Assembly: GCA_964036045.1 (NCBI GenBank)
Contig: OZ038378.1
Span: 109,120,001 to 109,184,000, forward strand
Reading direction: 5' to 3'
Origin: Eutreptiella sp. 'Long Island Sound 2002'
Taxonomy: Eukaryota; Protista; Euglenida
DNA length: 64,000 nt
Shown here: one piece after another, positions 63,251 through 64,000 of the stretch
Layout: every line of letters begins with the position of its first letter
Position numbering within the stretch: the stretch's first letter is position 1
Program-made: the position numbers and the translations under genes
The notes under the pieces: model-generated
Told to the model about the DNA's origin: nothing
The model's input: the letters and a program-made list of their open reading frames with translations, nothing else
Databases searched by the model: none

Positions 63251-63346
63251 GGTTGCTAATGTATGAATGGACCTGCACAGAAGGAGAACATGGGGATTAG
63301 CACAACAAGCATGCAAAAGCACAATACCACTGCAACCCCAACACTG

Positions 63347-63982
63347 TCATTCATCAATGAGTCCGTCCATGTCATCCACCGGCACTTGGGAACATGGCTG
63401 TGAGCTGCTGGGAGGTGCAGCACAACGGGTAACACGATCCGTTGGGGGGACCCAATCAGAGTCCATCTGGGCTAGCAAAGGCAACACCTGTTGCATAGCA
63501 AGTTCTCGGCCTTGTCCCCGGGTCTTGCTATTTGGCACCTTCACACCCATGCTTGCCAAGCAATCACGGATTCGAGCGCGTGTCCAATCACGCAATGTGC
63601 CTGACTTTGCGGCACATACCAACTTGGCCTGTGCACGGGCCAAGGCACGCTTTGGGTCGGACTTCCGTGGTGCCACTGCCTCCACTTCACTGTTATTTTC
63701 AGCAGCCTCAGCTGCATCATCCACAACCTGCACCACTGCCTCACCACACGGTCTTGGATCCTTGACAAAGCACGTATGGCAAACCAGACATGTGTTGCAC
63801 CAGATGCGCACAGACTCCCTGCAAACTACACAGTCCATGCCCCTTCGGAAAGTGAAGAAGTCATGGTTGCCACCATGCTGAGCAGGACTACCATCATGTT
63901 CGACCAAAGTGCCCTCAGTGTGCTCAGACGGGGCTTGTCGGTCAGCGCGTCTGCGTGTTGCGCCTTGACAAGCCAGTGGCAC
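63347..63982 (-). CDS. ORF with Cys-rich finger and SAP/HeH-like helix pair; probably the C-terminus of a gene entering from beyond the window
   Basis: CVVCRESVRIWCNTCLVCHTC and TLRDWTRARIRDCLASMGVKVPNSK. Confidence 0.4.
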   Translation of the reverse strand: MPLACQGATRRRADRQAPSEHTEGTLVEHDGSPAQHGGNHDFFTFRRGMDCVVCRESVRIWCNTCLVCHTCFVKDPRPCGEAVVQVVDDAAEAAENNSEVEAVAPRKSDPKRALARAQAKLVCAAKSGTLRDWTRARIRDCLASMGVKVPNSKTRGQGRELAMQQVLPLLAQMDSDWVPPTDRVTRCAAPPSSSQPCSQVPVDDMDGLIDE

Positions 63983-64000
63983 TTCCGACCCCCCAAAAGA

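Noticed and set aside
1-64000. Spliced-leader RNA, rRNA or intact tRNA genes
   Set aside because: No matching sequence was recognised by eye.

Overview
Repeat-saturated eukaryotic DNA with no prokaryotic features. A large-genome protist, possibly a euglenozoan, is inferred only from the element types and was not verified. The only clear host coding sequence is the last exon of a citrate synthase (48878-49132, minus). Everything else is decayed or nested mobile DNA and satellites: a chromovirus integrase, several LINE fragments with RNase H, a piggyBac-like transposase, and 10-bp, ~22-bp and ~72-bp tandem arrays. The highlight is a ~31.2-42.8 kb DNA transposon. Its transposase aligns without gaps to the RAG1/Transib ZnH2-catalytic Glu region, and its right end is a perfect CACAGTG heptamer. 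It carries a spliced ~1000-aa cargo gene with a 2-oxoglutarate/Fe(II) dioxygenase motif set and a zinc finger. That gene is split in-frame and without a TSD by a 4.7-kb tyrosine-recombinase retrotransposon (gag-YR-RT-RH, A1...B1-A2-B2 split direct repeats). A second, divergent RAG1/Transib-like transposase lies at ~59.9-61.9 kb. In three element families, GT-AG introns carry copies of a family-specific repeat or palindrome that also occurs at or near the apparent ends. All family calls come from manual motif reading, not database searches.
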